A DNA stretch of 64,000 nucleotides from a virus: the IMG/VR virus record IMGVR_UViG_3300023238_000005, positions 32,001 through 96,000 of that record. One strand, 5' to 3'. The notes below the pieces were generated by a model. That model ran no database searches. It was not told where the DNA came from and worked only from the letters and a program-made list of their open reading frames with translations. The position numbers and the translations under genes are program-made. Position 1 is the stretch's first letter, and each line of letters opens with the position of its first letter. Of this stretch, positions 1-9,980 are shown piece after piece.

Positions 1-613
1 AGTTATGGAACTGTCTGCCGTTACGACTAAACAGTTCTACCTTACCTGCGCGACATACAGCCAGTACACGTACACCATCCAGCTTAACTTCGATTTGTTT
101 TATGCCAACCATCTTCTTTTCGTGGTTAGCACTGTCATGTGCAAGTTGGCATCCAAAGATTGGAATAGCGTATTGCGGAAACTCTTTGGCTACTTTGTTA
201 ACAGTCTTTTCGCTCATGCCGCATCGTAAGTCTTTGATTAAGATGCGTCTGTAAAACATATTCCACTGTTCAGTAGTAGCAACACTCATTGCAAGTTCAA
301 TTGCATCACGTGCCGCGTGTCCTGTAAGCTCTCGATTAATAAGTTGGAATGCTAGTGATTTGAATGTTATCCAGTCCAAGCCTTGTCCACTAAGTACGTC
401 TGAACGCTCCGGAACTTTCTTAACTCCAAATGTTACAAGCGGATCAAGTGCCATCGTAATGCCTTCAAAGAACTCATCAAGTCCTTCCTGCATTGCTTCT
501 AGTAGAATTGCTTGTTTAGCGAGCTTGCTATTGTCAGCTTCTAAATGTTTGATAATTTCTTGTGGTTGCATTCGCATGTAGTCACCTGCTGTTGTAAATT
601 TCATATCGTTCAT
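1..613 (-). CDS. lig: ATP-dependent DNA ligase, N-terminal part (runs off window start)
   Basis: Not in the ORF track. Manual translation gives MNDMKFTTAGDYMRMQPQEII...CQLAHD...IEVKLDGVRV...ELFSRNG, with the KxDGxR adenylation motif and the SRNG motif. Confidence 0.85.
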   Translation of the reverse strand, partial: MNDMKFTTAGDYMRMQPQEIIKHLEADNSKLAKQAILLEAMQEGLDEFFEGITMALDPLVTFGVKKVPERSDVLSGQGLDWITFKSLAFQLINRELTGHAARDAIELAMSVATTEQWNMFYRRILIKDLRCGMSEKTVNKVAKEFPQYAIPIFGCQLAHDSANHEKKMVGIKQIEVKLDGVRVLAVCRAGKVELFSRNGRQFHN

Positions 614-644
614 TATATTGCCCTTTTGCCTAATTGTTATATAT

Positions 645-673
645 AGTATAACACCTAAATGCCACTATGTCAA
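645..673 (-). promoter_or_regulatory. sigma70-type early promoter TTGACA-N17-TATACT
   Basis: Near-consensus -35/-10 with 17-nt spacer. The same architecture recurs at 4882-4910, 7537-7564, 9243-9271, 10016-10044, 10474-10502, 15803-15831, 16646-16674, 34217-34245 and 51709-51737. Confidence 0.85.
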
Positions 674-683
674 CCATTTAGAT

Positions 684-902
684 TTAACGCTTGTATCGTA
701 CATTGTATCGTACATCTTTGTTCATTTCATTCATAATACGATCTGCTTCAATCCTAGTATTATATTTTACTTCATCTATTGCAATAGTATCAAATACGTT
801 GCCCCAGAATTTACGTGCCCACGGAGTTAAATTGTCCCGTTCTAGAACAGCATGTACATTTGCTTTACGTTCTAACTGCGTCATTTCATCAAATGGCATC
901 AT
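684..902 (-). CDS. hypothetical protein
   Basis: ORF on the coding strand within a tightly packed operon. Confidence 0.6.
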   Translation of the reverse strand: MMPFDEMTQLERKANVHAVLERDNLTPWARKFWGNVFDTIAIDEVKYNTRIEADRIMNEMNKDVRYNVRYKR

Positions 903-1024
903 GTTTCACCTCTTTGTTTTCTCTGGTATACCATTTTAAACCGCACTCTGCTCCACAGAATATGTGTTGCTTTCCTGCTGAATAATACGGTGAGTATAAG
1001 TATGCTTTGCCACATTCACTACAC

Positions 1025-1210
1025 TTATTCATGTTTCACCTTCTCAAATTTGCGGCGGCTCTTGGACCATTGCTTCATAGGCTTTGAAAACATAATCTCT
1101 TCAGTTGTACCTTGCCTAATGTAGCCTGCCAAGTTGCCGCCATCGTTAACAATATATGTGTGATTCTGAACGAGTGTGTCCCATACTGTCACTTCTTTAA
1201 GATATTGCAT
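1025..1210 (-). CDS. hypothetical protein
   Basis: ORF translationally coupled to the upstream gene. Confidence 0.6.
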   Translation of the reverse strand: MQYLKEVTVWDTLVQNHTYIVNDGGNLAGYIRQGTTEEIMFSKPMKQWSKSRRKFEKVKHE

Positions 1211-1506
1211 TATGCTTTCTTCTTTGCTGGTTTAGTAAATCCATCTCTTGGGTTGGCGTTTGCTGCCATAGAGCTTTTAAAGCCTCGCTTTATTCTATTA
1301 AGCCTCGATGGATCTGCGCCTGAGACAGTTTCTATTGCCCTAGCAACAGCCGCTAGTTCTAAGTCGCGTGTAGGTGAATTTGACCATTTTTGCTTCTTAA
1401 GAACAATGTCATACAATTCATACTGCCTTTCAAGACTTAACGGTCTGATTAAGTTCCTTGCTTCTTCATCGTAATTACGATTATCTTCCTTTGGTATATG
1501 TTTCAT
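1210..1506 (-). CDS. hypothetical protein
   Basis: ORF on the coding strand. Confidence 0.6.
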   Translation of the reverse strand: MKHIPKEDNRNYDEEARNLIRPLSLERQYELYDIVLKKQKWSNSPTRDLELAAVARAIETVSGADPSRLNRIKRGFKSSMAANANPRDGFTKPAKKKA

Positions 1507-1524
1507 ACTGTATTTCTCAGTTAG

Positions 1525-1674
1525 TTAGTCATCCCACACAATTTTAGTGTGCTTAATTTTCTTCTTCATCTTATTTTTAATTACTTTGGGACGGAAGGGA
1601 CCTTGTGGATCCCTTACCGCCTTTGCTTCAAAGTTGCGTACTTTCGGTGCTTGCGGACGTCGAGTACTTTTCAT
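1525..1674 (-). CDS. small basic protein, possibly ArfA-like ribosome rescue factor
   Basis: 49 aa MKSTRRPQAPKVRNFEAKAVRDPQGPFRPKVIKNKMKKKIKHTKIVWDD; ATG overlaps the upstream stop; RN-x-x-AK...FRPKVIKNK resembles the ArfA core. Confidence 0.4.
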   Translation of the reverse strand: MKSTRRPQAPKVRNFEAKAVRDPQGPFRPKVIKNKMKKKIKHTKIVWDD

Positions 1675-2171
1675 TGACCTAGTGCTTCGTGTGCGGCGTA
1701 GTGGATAGCACTACCTTTGACTTTGTCCAACACTTGGATAAGCAACAGCATTTCTTTGCGGTACACTACATTAAAGCTAGGATCATTGTCGCCAATATCA
1801 TGAGCGTTGTCTATGATGTCAGCACACTTAACAAACTGAGCTTCGTATGTTGCATCTGCACTATGCTGTCTATCCATTGCTTTACGTACTGCACGATTGC
1901 CATCTTCTGGCACACTAACATCAGTAAGACCATCAACGATAAGTGCAACAGCTGGTCCGAACATATCTTGTATATCAACAATGCTTACACCAGTGTCTTC
2001 AACAACATCGTGCAAGTACGCCGCAGAGATCATATCGTCAGTACCACCAAACTTTGCAACAGTTGTTGCAACACGAATAGGGTGTACAATGTATGGCTCA
2101 TCTGTGTATTTGCGCATCTGACCAACAGCAGCGTGAGCAGCAGTTGCGTATGTTAATGCTTGATTTTTCAT
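1671..2171 (-). CDS. HD-domain hydrolase, RelA/SpoT hydrolase (small alarmone hydrolase/Mesh1-like)
   Basis: AH..Q.RK...EPYIVHP, LHDVVEDT and VKCAD..DN motifs; likely start MKNQAL at 2171. Confidence 0.85.
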   Translation of the reverse strand: MKNQALTYATAAHAAVGQMRKYTDEPYIVHPIRVATTVAKFGGTDDMISAAYLHDVVEDTGVSIVDIQDMFGPAVALIVDGLTDVSVPEDGNRAVRKAMDRQHSADATYEAQFVKCADIIDNAHDIGDNDPSFNVVYRKEMLLLIQVLDKVKGSAIHYAAHEALGQ

Positions 2172-2223
2172 TGCCTTACCCTTGTTTTTGCAATTTATAC
2201 AACTATTATAGCACTTTGTCAAC

Positions 2224-2249
2224 AAAAAAGAGGCAGTTAAGCCTCTTTT
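2224..2249. terminator. intrinsic terminator hairpin (bidirectional)
   Basis: AAAAGAGGC-agttaa-GCCTCTTTT. Confidence 0.65.
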
Positions 2250-2660
2250 ATTTGTCTAAATTGCAGTTAGTCTTAGTAAAGTTCTCGCACTTTACAATTT
2301 TAATGTGATCGTGATGTTCTATAATGCGCATGTTTTTAAATTCAAGGCTTGAACAGTTGGCATTTTTACGATTACAAACGCAACACATACCGCCTTTTGG
2401 TTGATATTGATTATTTGTCATTGTAGTCCTGATTCCCTGTCGTGTGCGGCAAACCATTCATCAACGGTATATATGATCGGCGCGTAATACACCCCTTCAT
2501 CACAAAAATCATACGACTCAAACGTGGTTCCGCTTATAGTAATAAAATCTTCCTCACTTTTACATATTCCTTACCACTAGATTGCAAGTAAGCCTCAATG
2601 TCACGATCCATATGAACTGTATATCGCCCATCAATATGTTCTAGTGGTACATAAATTATT

Positions 2661-2924
2661 TTACTCATTGGCGTTTCCTTTCTTGTTTTCCCAACTGCTA
2701 TAGTAGTCGTACTGTGTTTGTTTGTTTTCTCCAACATTCCATACTCTTGTTAATGTCTGAGACCACGACGTTTTTGATCCAAAATTGTTACTATGACATA
2801 ATGGCTGCGCTGGGCCTTCACAACACCAACCGTCAGCTAACATTAATTCAACCACACGCGAAAGATTTGCTGAATGTTCTTCCTGTACAATCTCGTATGA
2901 ATGTGTAACAGTTGTATCTGTCAT
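2661..2924 (-). CDS. hypothetical protein
   Basis: ORF coupled to the macrodomain gene. Confidence 0.5.
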   Translation of the reverse strand: MTDTTVTHSYEIVQEEHSANLSRVVELMLADGWCCEGPAQPLCHSNNFGSKTSWSQTLTRVWNVGENKQTQYDYYSSWENKKGNANE

Positions 2925-3448
2925 ACAATTTCACCATTAGCTGGAACATCTTCTGCACTAAGTACACATATAATAGGGTCTATGTTAGTTATTTCCTCTT
3001 CAATGATTTGTGAAATAATTTCCCAATCTCCACCTGCTATGCCTGCTCCCATTTTTGGTAGGCCTATAGTAAAACCAGCCGGTAGACTTGTAATTGACAC
3101 ATTAAACGCTCGCAATGAATGCCGCAATGCCTCGTATCGCTCCAATCCGTCATATATTGAACCAACATCTAATACTGTTGTTTTACCAGGATAGTATTGT
3201 CCATAAAAATTTATAATGGTGCCAGACACCCCACCAGTACGCGCTACGAGCGCACACGTCCAATTTCCTAGCTTTTTAATACCCATAGCCATGGTTTTGT
3301 TATCAACTGCTCTAGCTTCTGGCCACCTGTTTGCTATCACTGGTGCAATACCACTTCCCATTTTGCAAAAGCAATTGCATTGATGTCCCATCATGTCTAC
3401 GTCACAATCATCAAATGCAGTTATTAAGCTTTTAACTTTATATTTCAT
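2921..3448 (-). CDS. macrodomain protein (ADP-ribose binding/hydrolase)
   Basis: HQCNC...MGSGIA and P.MGAGIAGGDW.II..II motifs. Confidence 0.85.
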   Translation of the reverse strand: MKYKVKSLITAFDDCDVDMMGHQCNCFCKMGSGIAPVIANRWPEARAVDNKTMAMGIKKLGNWTCALVARTGGVSGTIINFYGQYYPGKTTVLDVGSIYDGLERYEALRHSLRAFNVSITSLPAGFTIGLPKMGAGIAGGDWEIISQIIEEEITNIDPIICVLSAEDVPANGEIV

Positions 3449-3590
3449 TTTTTAATCCTTTATAATATCTTCGTAATTAAAGTGGTCGCATAAGTCGTCA
3501 TCGCCGAGGATATGATCTATTACATCATCTTCTTCCTCATAGACACTAATATCAAATTTAGAAATTAGTATAGGAAAAAGGTCCCATGAT

Positions 3591-3947
3591 TCAGGTAGCT
3601 TTATCATTTCCATCTCTTATTTCGGTATACCAGCCCATCTTGTATTCGTCAACAACATCTACACTGTTGATACGATCATAACGGAAACTGCGCCAGCCTT
3701 CTGCATTAACGTCCCATACATTTACAACAGCATCTGACATTTCACGAACCTTCTTTTGACTTAACGGGTCAACTTTAGCTGCTCGAGGCTTCATGTCTTC
3801 TCGTAGTGTACATGTCATTACACGCTTGTCACCACTGATCTTATTAAAGTCAACTACTATTACATTTTGTTCAAGTAGTCCTTTTAGATCCGCTTTGGTT
3901 GGAATACCTTTAATAGCTGCAACTGTATTACTTACTGCGTTGTTCAT
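3591..3947 (-). CDS. WYL-like/SH3-fold phage protein
   Basis: F.K..G..R.M.CTL and VWDV...GWRSFRYDRI pattern; SD AAGGAG before ATG 3947. Confidence 0.65.
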   Translation of the reverse strand: MNNAVSNTVAAIKGIPTKADLKGLLEQNVIVVDFNKISGDKRVMTCTLREDMKPRAAKVDPLSQKKVREMSDAVVNVWDVNAEGWRSFRYDRINSVDVVDEYKMGWYTEIRDGNDKAT

Positions 3948-4000
3948 CGTTTGCTCCTTTTGTTTCACTTCTAACCAACATATATCCAGCCACTGGCTCA

Positions 4001-4618
4001 TTAGCGTTTCTCAACAACTTCGTCTGCAAGTCCATGCTCGACTGCTTCTTGTGCTGTAAGGAATGTATCAAACTTCATAGTTTCAAACAGTTCATCATAT
4101 GTCTTACCAGCTGTGTTATGGCGTACATAAAGCTCTGTAAGGCGCTTGTTAACCTTCTTAGACTCTTCAAATGCTCGTGCAGCATCTTCAAACTGTAGCT
4201 CTTGTACGTGTACGCTACCGCTTGTGCCGCGTGTGCCTGAGCTTACTCTGTGAATCATTGTACGTGCTTCTGGCAGTACAACACGCTTGCCTGCTGTGCC
4301 TGCTTGTGCAAGGAACGATCCCATGCTACATGCTTGACCCATTACAATTGTGCGCACATCGCATTTGATGTACTGCATGGTGTCGTAGATAGCCAGTCCT
4401 GCTGTTACAGCGCCGCCTGGTGAGTTGATGTACAAGTTAATGTCCTTGCCAGGCTCTTCGCTTTCTAAGAACAACATCTGTGCTACAATCAAGTTAGCCA
4501 TGTTATCTTCTACAGGACCGTTAAGCATAATAATGCGGTCTTTCATTAAGCGGCTGTAAATGTCATACGAGCGTTCGCCATTTGATGTTTGCTCGACTAC
4601 CATAGGTACTAGTGGCAT
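4001..4618 (-). CDS. clpP: ATP-dependent Clp protease proteolytic subunit
   Basis: [35 protein letters not shown], catalytic Ser in GQACSMGS, His in MIH. Confidence 0.95.
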   Translation of the reverse strand: MPLVPMVVEQTSNGERSYDIYSRLMKDRIIMLNGPVEDNMANLIVAQMLFLESEEPGKDINLYINSPGGAVTAGLAIYDTMQYIKCDVRTIVMGQACSMGSFLAQAGTAGKRVVLPEARTMIHRVSSGTRGTSGSVHVQELQFEDAARAFEESKKVNKRLTELYVRHNTAGKTYDELFETMKFDTFLTAQEAVEHGLADEVVEKR

Positions 4619-4619
4619 A

Positions 4620-4847
4620 TTAATATCTTCCTTTGTTAGTGTTAAATTGTTTTGGGCCGTCGGTAGTAAATTCCATACCAAGCGCATTACCGACATATGT
4701 TTGGCCATTCCAACGCATGTGGATTTTGTTGCTTGCAACGAAAGCATCAAGTGATTCGTTTACTCTTACGTTGTCGACTTCGCACTCAACTTCCTGCTCG
4801 TTGCGAGTGTTTTTAAGCATTGCTGTCTTACCGAAATAACTGTCCAT
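4620..4847 (-). CDS. hypothetical protein
   Basis: ORF with SD GAGG, downstream of an early promoter. Confidence 0.65.
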   Translation of the reverse strand: MDSYFGKTAMLKNTRNEQEVECEVDNVRVNESLDAFVASNKIHMRWNGQTYVGNALGMEFTTDGPKQFNTNKGRY

Positions 4848-4919
4848 ATCTACCTCAAGTTTGCTACTAATAATTAATACTAGTATAACAAACTATGTGG
4901 TAGATGTCAAGCAAATTCT

Positions 4920-5183
4920 TTATAGATTCCTTATTACTTCATCAGCCCCTTTGAGGCGAAGATTAAGAACAAAGTTTTCAACAAGTAACTTAGTAGTTGT
5001 TGCTAAACTAATGTGAAGACGCTGGTCCTCATCCATTGCTGCCATTTGTTCAAGTAAGTTAGAAGCCATCATTTGATATGCTTGTTCCTCGGTGACTTTA
5101 AGTTGACCCCAATCAATTGGGTCAGCTGTATCACATTCCCTTGCTAAGTCTACTAGCCAATCAACTTGTTCTTGTGTTATCAC
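4920..5183 (-). CDS. hypothetical protein
   Basis: ORF in operon. Confidence 0.6.
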   Translation of the reverse strand: MITQEQVDWLVDLARECDTADPIDWGQLKVTEEQAYQMMASNLLEQMAAMDEDQRLHISLATTTKLLVENFVLNLRLKGADEVIRNL

Positions 5184-5401
5184 TAGTGCATGACCCTATG
5201 ATCACTTTGATCTGAGTCTCCGTTAGGGTCAATTCCAAACTTCTGAATACACATATCTACAATGCCTTCAGGAATGTCTTGATGGTCCATACCTTTAGGA
5301 ACCCAGATTCCTTTGAGCATTCCGTCACTGCCTACAATTAATCCGTAGTCTGTTGTGTCTAATGATTGTTTAAATTCTAGTGTTATCTGCTTGTGGCTCA
5401 T
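5183..5401 (-). CDS. hypothetical protein
   Basis: ORF with SD GGAG. Confidence 0.6.
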   Translation of the reverse strand: MSHKQITLEFKQSLDTTDYGLIVGSDGMLKGIWVPKGMDHQDIPEGIVDMCIQKFGIDPNGDSDQSDHRVMH

Positions 5402-5427
5402 GGTATTCTCCTAGTTGTAATATTGCT

Positions 5428-5853
5428 TTACTCGGAGGATTCGTATCGTACAAACTCTCCGTCTTGGATCTTAAATACGTCTACTTCACCGCTACTACGA
5501 ATGTATGCGCGGCCACCGTCAATCATCTTGTCTTCGATTACTTTGTAATCGTGTCGATGTTGACTGTAATAGTATTTACCTTTTGACTCAATCATTCCAA
5601 AGTCAAACGACTCTACTATGTCAGCATTACAAATCATTACTCGTGCATCGCCAGCATAAGGATTACTGTATATTCCAAAGTAGTAATTACCAAACTCAGG
5701 ATGAGGAGTTTCACGATAAAAGATGTCAGCGGCAAAGTCTCCGCCTTCCTGAGTTGCTGTTGTGCATATGTACTTTACAAGTACACCGTCTTTTTCTGTG
5801 TATAACTGTTCTGCTTTTTTTGTGTTAAACAGTGGCGAATGTTGTATATTCAT
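5428..5853 (-). CDS. hypothetical phage protein
   Basis: YS.HRHDY...MIDGGR.Y.R motif typical of a phage family. Confidence 0.65.
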   Translation of the reverse strand: MNIQHSPLFNTKKAEQLYTEKDGVLVKYICTTATQEGGDFAADIFYRETPHPEFGNYYFGIYSNPYAGDARVMICNADIVESFDFGMIESKGKYYYSQHRHDYKVIEDKMIDGGRAYIRSSGEVDVFKIQDGEFVRYESSE

Positions 5854-6451
5854 CTTGTTTTACCTTTTTAGCGATAGTCTTATGGATACCAGGATTAACT
5901 TTTAATACGCTTGACATCATATCATGTCTAATGTAATTACGAGTATAACATGTATCTGCGTTGCTGTCATCCTCAATATGTGGAACATTGTTTAGTCTTG
6001 CCCAAAGTTCTAAGTCGCGTTTGCGATTTAAACGAAACGGACGAAAGATCCTATCATTACGACTGTAGGGGATAATCTTTCCTGTACCATGCATACTGCT
6101 CCACACCCAGGTTTCTACACAATCATCTAAATGATGTCCTGTAATGACGTCTCGTTCAGTACATCGTTCTAACCAATCGTAACGAACATTACGCCAGTAT
6201 TCTTCTTGACTTTCACTAGCGTCTTTTACTCTAGTGTTAGTTGGAATATTAGTTAGCCAAGGAATGTCTTTTTCCTTACAATACTTTTCAACAAACTGCA
6301 TTGCCTTGTGTCCGTGTTCAGTACCGTGATTAAAGTGTAGTACAAATACATCGTGCTTACGACTTAAGAAGTCAACTACTGCCATACTGTCAACACCTCC
6401 ACTACAGGCAACATAAACTTTACGAGGCAATTTACCTTGTAGTTTAATCAT
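5825..6451 (-). CDS. tilS: tRNA(Ile)-lysidine synthetase-like PP-loop ATPase
   Basis: ACSGGVDSM, HFNHG, R..RY, TGHHLDD..ET, RP, ED.SN....Y.RN.IRH. Confidence 0.88.
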   Translation of the reverse strand: MIKLQGKLPRKVYVACSGGVDSMAVVDFLSRKHDVFVLHFNHGTEHGHKAMQFVEKYCKEKDIPWLTNIPTNTRVKDASESQEEYWRNVRYDWLERCTERDVITGHHLDDCVETWVWSSMHGTGKIIPYSRNDRIFRPFRLNRKRDLELWARLNNVPHIEDDSNADTCYTRNYIRHDMMSSVLKVNPGIHKTIAKKVKQDEYTTFATV

Positions 6452-6538
6452 ACAAAAACATACCTAAGTGTAAAGCCAACAATACAAAAAATTATACACA
6501 CAATGCCGAAGATTGCCTTTGCTTCATCGTGTTCCTCT

Positions 6539-6739
6539 TCAGTCATCGTTGGCGTTCCACTTGAGAATTTCAACTTCTCCATCGTCTAGTTTTTTATGAC
6601 GCAAGAATCCTTTGTCAATTAATGCATCAATTGTTGCTTCAGTTGCATTTTTAAAGTTTTGTCCTAGAAACAAATAATACGTAGCAAACGATCCTGCTAG
6701 ATACGCTCCGAGTAACCACATTGTATTTTCAGTAAACAT
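6539..6739 (-). CDS. small membrane protein
   Basis: N-terminal hydrophobic helix. Confidence 0.55.
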   Translation of the reverse strand: MFTENTMWLLGAYLAGSFATYYLFLGQNFKNATEATIDALIDKGFLRHKKLDDGEVEILKWNANDD

Positions 6740-6743
6740 ATTA

Positions 6744-7499
6744 TTATACCTTGTATAGTTTTACATAATTAAGACGTGTTTCGTTTGCACTAAACAACTT
6801 ATTTTGTGCTTGTGCTTTTACTTTACCTTTGATACGTTTCATAGCACCTACGTCATGCTCGTACTTATTCATAAAGCTAATTAAGTTTCCATCTATTACT
6901 GCGGTATAGTTATAGCTTTCCCATTGTGTGCTAAAACGCTTGTCTAGTATCTTAGCAACACCTTCGACTATATCTGCTACGTTACCCAAGTGCTTACTGT
7001 CACGATACTCTACACGGATCTCTTTCTTTAATCCGCTTTCGTGCTTGTCGCGTCTTACAAATTCTGGAATATATGCAACACGACCTAAGTTGCTAAACTT
7101 CACTGTGTCCTGTGACACTGTAGAAATCATGTCTTTCTTAAAGTCGTCTAAGTCACCAAGCCCAAGCATTATGTAACGCTTCATCCACTGCTGGATTTCT
7201 GCAACTTGTGCATAGTCTTCTTCAGTAGGCACAGGGCGTATAAAGTCCATAGGTAACATGCCCGGACGTTGTTCAAAAGCAAACTTAACAAGTTCTTTGT
7301 TAGCAAACTGTGTTAAGTTTTCTTCACAACTAAAGCGACGAGTGTCTTTTAGGTAGGCGCCATTAATACGAAGTGCAGCACATGCAACAGCAAGTGCGTC
7401 TTGTATACTAACAGCAGGGTGCTTCCTTGCCCCAGTAGGCGCAAGCTCATGTCGCAATTCAACTTCAAGTTCATCGCGTTTAAATGCTTGTTTGCTCAT
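6744..7499 (-). CDS. hypothetical protein (possible C-terminal OB-fold)
   Basis: 251-aa ORF after an early promoter. Confidence 0.65.
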   Translation of the reverse strand: MSKQAFKRDELEVELRHELAPTGARKHPAVSIQDALAVACAALRINGAYLKDTRRFSCEENLTQFANKELVKFAFEQRPGMLPMDFIRPVPTEEDYAQVAEIQQWMKRYIMLGLGDLDDFKKDMISTVSQDTVKFSNLGRVAYIPEFVRRDKHESGLKKEIRVEYRDSKHLGNVADIVEGVAKILDKRFSTQWESYNYTAVIDGNLISFMNKYEHDVGAMKRIKGKVKAQAQNKLFSANETRLNYVKLYKV

Positions 7500-7553
7500 G
7501 GTGCGCCTCTGTGTTGTTTGCCTAATTGTTATATACAGTATAGCATCTATACA

Positions 7554-8021
7554 CTAGATGTCAAGACCTTTTTTACCTAAAAAGTCACCTTCGATGTAAG
7601 TCTTTGCCATGTGACACAATACACATAATGTATTGATATTGTCTTTGGTGTCTTTACCGCCTTGACTCTTTAAGTGAATATGATCTCCGTGCATTACACC
7701 ACGCATGGCTCTATTTCTAATAAAAGCATCTTCAACATGTCCAAAGCGTACTTCGTCAGTGCGTGGATCATATCCACAATTGGTACATTCCCATCCTCGG
7801 TAGAACGTATGTGGACGTTCAGGTTTGCCCATTCCGCCATAAGGACTACATTCTAGTTGATGATCTCTGCACAGTATGTTGCTGCCTGGACCATCGTAAA
7901 TGCTAAGTGGGTTACTGCAATCTTCTAGCATACAAGTTGGAGCAGCGCGATGCTGCTCCTTTAGTATCGCATTGCTCTTTAGATTATCGTTGCGCGGATC
8001 TCGTAAAGTTTTCATTTCCAC
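7554..8021 (-). CDS. Zn-binding HNH endonuclease
   Basis: C..CG...DHI......GG.....N...LC..CH..KT. Confidence 0.8.
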   Translation of the reverse strand: MEMKTLRDPRNDNLKSNAILKEQHRAAPTCMLEDCSNPLSIYDGPGSNILCRDHQLECSPYGGMGKPERPHTFYRGWECTNCGYDPRTDEVRFGHVEDAFIRNRAMRGVMHGDHIHLKSQGGKDTKDNINTLCVLCHMAKTYIEGDFLGKKGLDI

Positions 8022-9172
8022 AAGTCCTGCTTGATAACTGTATAACCATTGTTAGGTGTATACGTAGGAGTTTTCAACTTAGTACTTAATTTCATTTGTG
8101 CAATTAAGAACGGAATACCTGTGCGCATCTCTGTGCTGAATCCTTTAAGCCCAAACTCTGCATAGCTGTCTGGGTTAGCATTAGCGTACCATCGAGTGTA
8201 GCTCATCTTAACCTTGTCCCAGAACACACCGGTTTCGCCAAAGTTAGCTTCGAAGTAATCTTTGGTAAATGACACCATCTCCAACAAATACTTCTTGTCT
8301 ACTTTAATGTCTTGCTCATAGCACAAGTTAAAGTATTCGTACAACTGCCTTGCTTCTTTAGCACGTACAGGACGTTCCTCGTTCAAGTATGCCCAGTAGT
8401 CTGCAAACATACGTGTTACTTCTGGGTGCTTACGAGTTTTTAGACCTTTACTCATTAGCGTGTCAGCTAACAAAGTAAATGCACCTGGTGCATCTTCATC
8501 ACCAAACTTTGAATTAGTAGCAAATAATCCTGCTGCTTTAAAGTAATCATTTTTTAGTGCAGTGTCTAACCATTCTTGGTCAGTTGCACCATCTACTTTT
8601 ACGCCGAATACCATCTGCTTGTAAGTATCAATAAAGTCCAAGCTTTCTTTAGCATCGCCATTAAGCAAAATAAAGTTTCTGCGAATTTCTAGTTTCTGGT
8701 GCGAACTATAAACAACAACAGGAACCATTGCTGTTGCAGTACGTTCGCCAAACACTTTAGTAAGGATAATAAACAGTGCAATGCTAGTGTGCTGGCCATC
8801 CCATGCAATGTACTTTCCTGGGCGGTTCGGGTCTTCATATACTTGAATTGACATTACCATGCTTTCACTAAAGTATGATAGGATTTTTAGTATATGACGC
8901 ATGTTAAGCTCACGTTGCATAGTTTCATCAATTAAGATGCAATCCATGATAACTTGTATTGCTTTACATAGTCCAATTTGTTTAAATTCTGTCCAGCCAC
9001 GTGCTGCTGGAGGACTACAGTTGCGACGACGAAACTCGTCTACTACTGCTTCTAGCTGTGCTTTGAATTGAGGGGATTTTGCAATTGCTTTTTCTAAGCG
9101 TTCTTGCAGTGTTACGAAGTTGCTCTCTGATACATCATAGAGATCGTTGATCTTTTGTGCGTGGTTGTTCAT
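8012..9172 (-). CDS. ParB/Srx-like (DUF262/DndB-type) domain protein
   Basis: IDETMQREL and WDGQHT motifs resemble the QR/DGQ(Q/H)R signature. Confidence 0.6.
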   Translation of the reverse strand: MNNHAQKINDLYDVSESNFVTLQERLEKAIAKSPQFKAQLEAVVDEFRRRNCSPPAARGWTEFKQIGLCKAIQVIMDCILIDETMQRELNMRHILKILSYFSESMVMSIQVYEDPNRPGKYIAWDGQHTSIALFIILTKVFGERTATAMVPVVVYSSHQKLEIRRNFILLNGDAKESLDFIDTYKQMVFGVKVDGATDQEWLDTALKNDYFKAAGLFATNSKFGDEDAPGAFTLLADTLMSKGLKTRKHPEVTRMFADYWAYLNEERPVRAKEARQLYEYFNLCYEQDIKVDKKYLLEMVSFTKDYFEANFGETGVFWDKVKMSYTRWYANANPDSYAEFGLKGFSTEMRTGIPFLIAQMKLSTKLKTPTYTPNNGYTVIKQDLWK

Positions 9173-9256
9173 CTTAGTTTCCTTTGCGCGGACATACTCG
9201 TCCTGGGTTTTTTAAGTTGTAAACTTTATTGCTTACTATACTAATATAGCATTGTT

Positions 9257-9514
9257 TTAGGCAGTTGTCAAGAACTTTTCTTCAAAATCATCTGAAAAAA
9301 TGTCTCTCCATTTCTGTGCTACTCCTTCTGTGTGCTTGCATTTGCCACGGAATGTAAATCCAGGACAATCACAAGTAAAGCCTTTGTCAGTAATAGCAAC
9401 AGTATAAGTATTGCCCTTACTACCTTCGATCGGATATTCAAGTCCTACTGCCCAATGTGTTTTGAAGTCAAAGAGATCAGTAGGCTTAAAGTGTTTGGTT
9501 GCAAATTTACTCAT
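9257..9514 (-). CDS. SWIM zinc-finger protein
   Basis: GSKGNTYTV...CDCPGF..RGKCKH. Confidence 0.8.
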   Translation of the reverse strand: MSKFATKHFKPTDLFDFKTHWAVGLEYPIEGSKGNTYTVAITDKGFTCDCPGFTFRGKCKHTEGVAQKWRDIFSDDFEEKFLTTA

Positions 9515-9980
9515 TGATCTGTGTCCATGTTTTTTTACCATAGTCGTTCTTTTCGCACCATGTAATAAACAATGCATGTTCACGACCCATTGCATCCCAT
9601 TCCCAAGGGCTTTCCCAATAGCTAGGATGCTTTGACATCCATTTGCCTTGCCAGCGTGTCTTGTCAGTAAGTTGACTTTCGTATAACTCGCCGCGAGCAT
9701 ATTGCTTTACATGCACCATTTCGTGACATAAAGCAACAAGCAACGTTCGGAGTTTTGATTTGGAGCATACTTCAACTTCAAAGTAGCGAGGACGATCTGA
9801 GCGTTCGCCATCATCTACCAACGGTAAACAATAGCCAAGGGCTTTGCCTTTTAAGTCTGCTATCTTTACATTTACATGTATACCTAGCATACGAGGCAAA
9901 AGCTTCTTTTGACAAAACTTAACTGCACTTCTGACGTACTTTTTCTGCGACTTAGAGCCGCCTTGAATAGTAACTCTCAT
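9507..9980 (-). CDS. zincin-like metallopeptidase
   Basis: HEMVH..QY and PWE..A motifs. Confidence 0.75.
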   Translation of the reverse strand: MRVTIQGGSKSQKKYVRSAVKFCQKKLLPRMLGIHVNVKIADLKGKALGYCLPLVDDGERSDRPRYFEVEVCSKSKLRTLLVALCHEMVHVKQYARGELYESQLTDKTRWQGKWMSKHPSYWESPWEWDAMGREHALFITWCEKNDYGKKTWTQINE

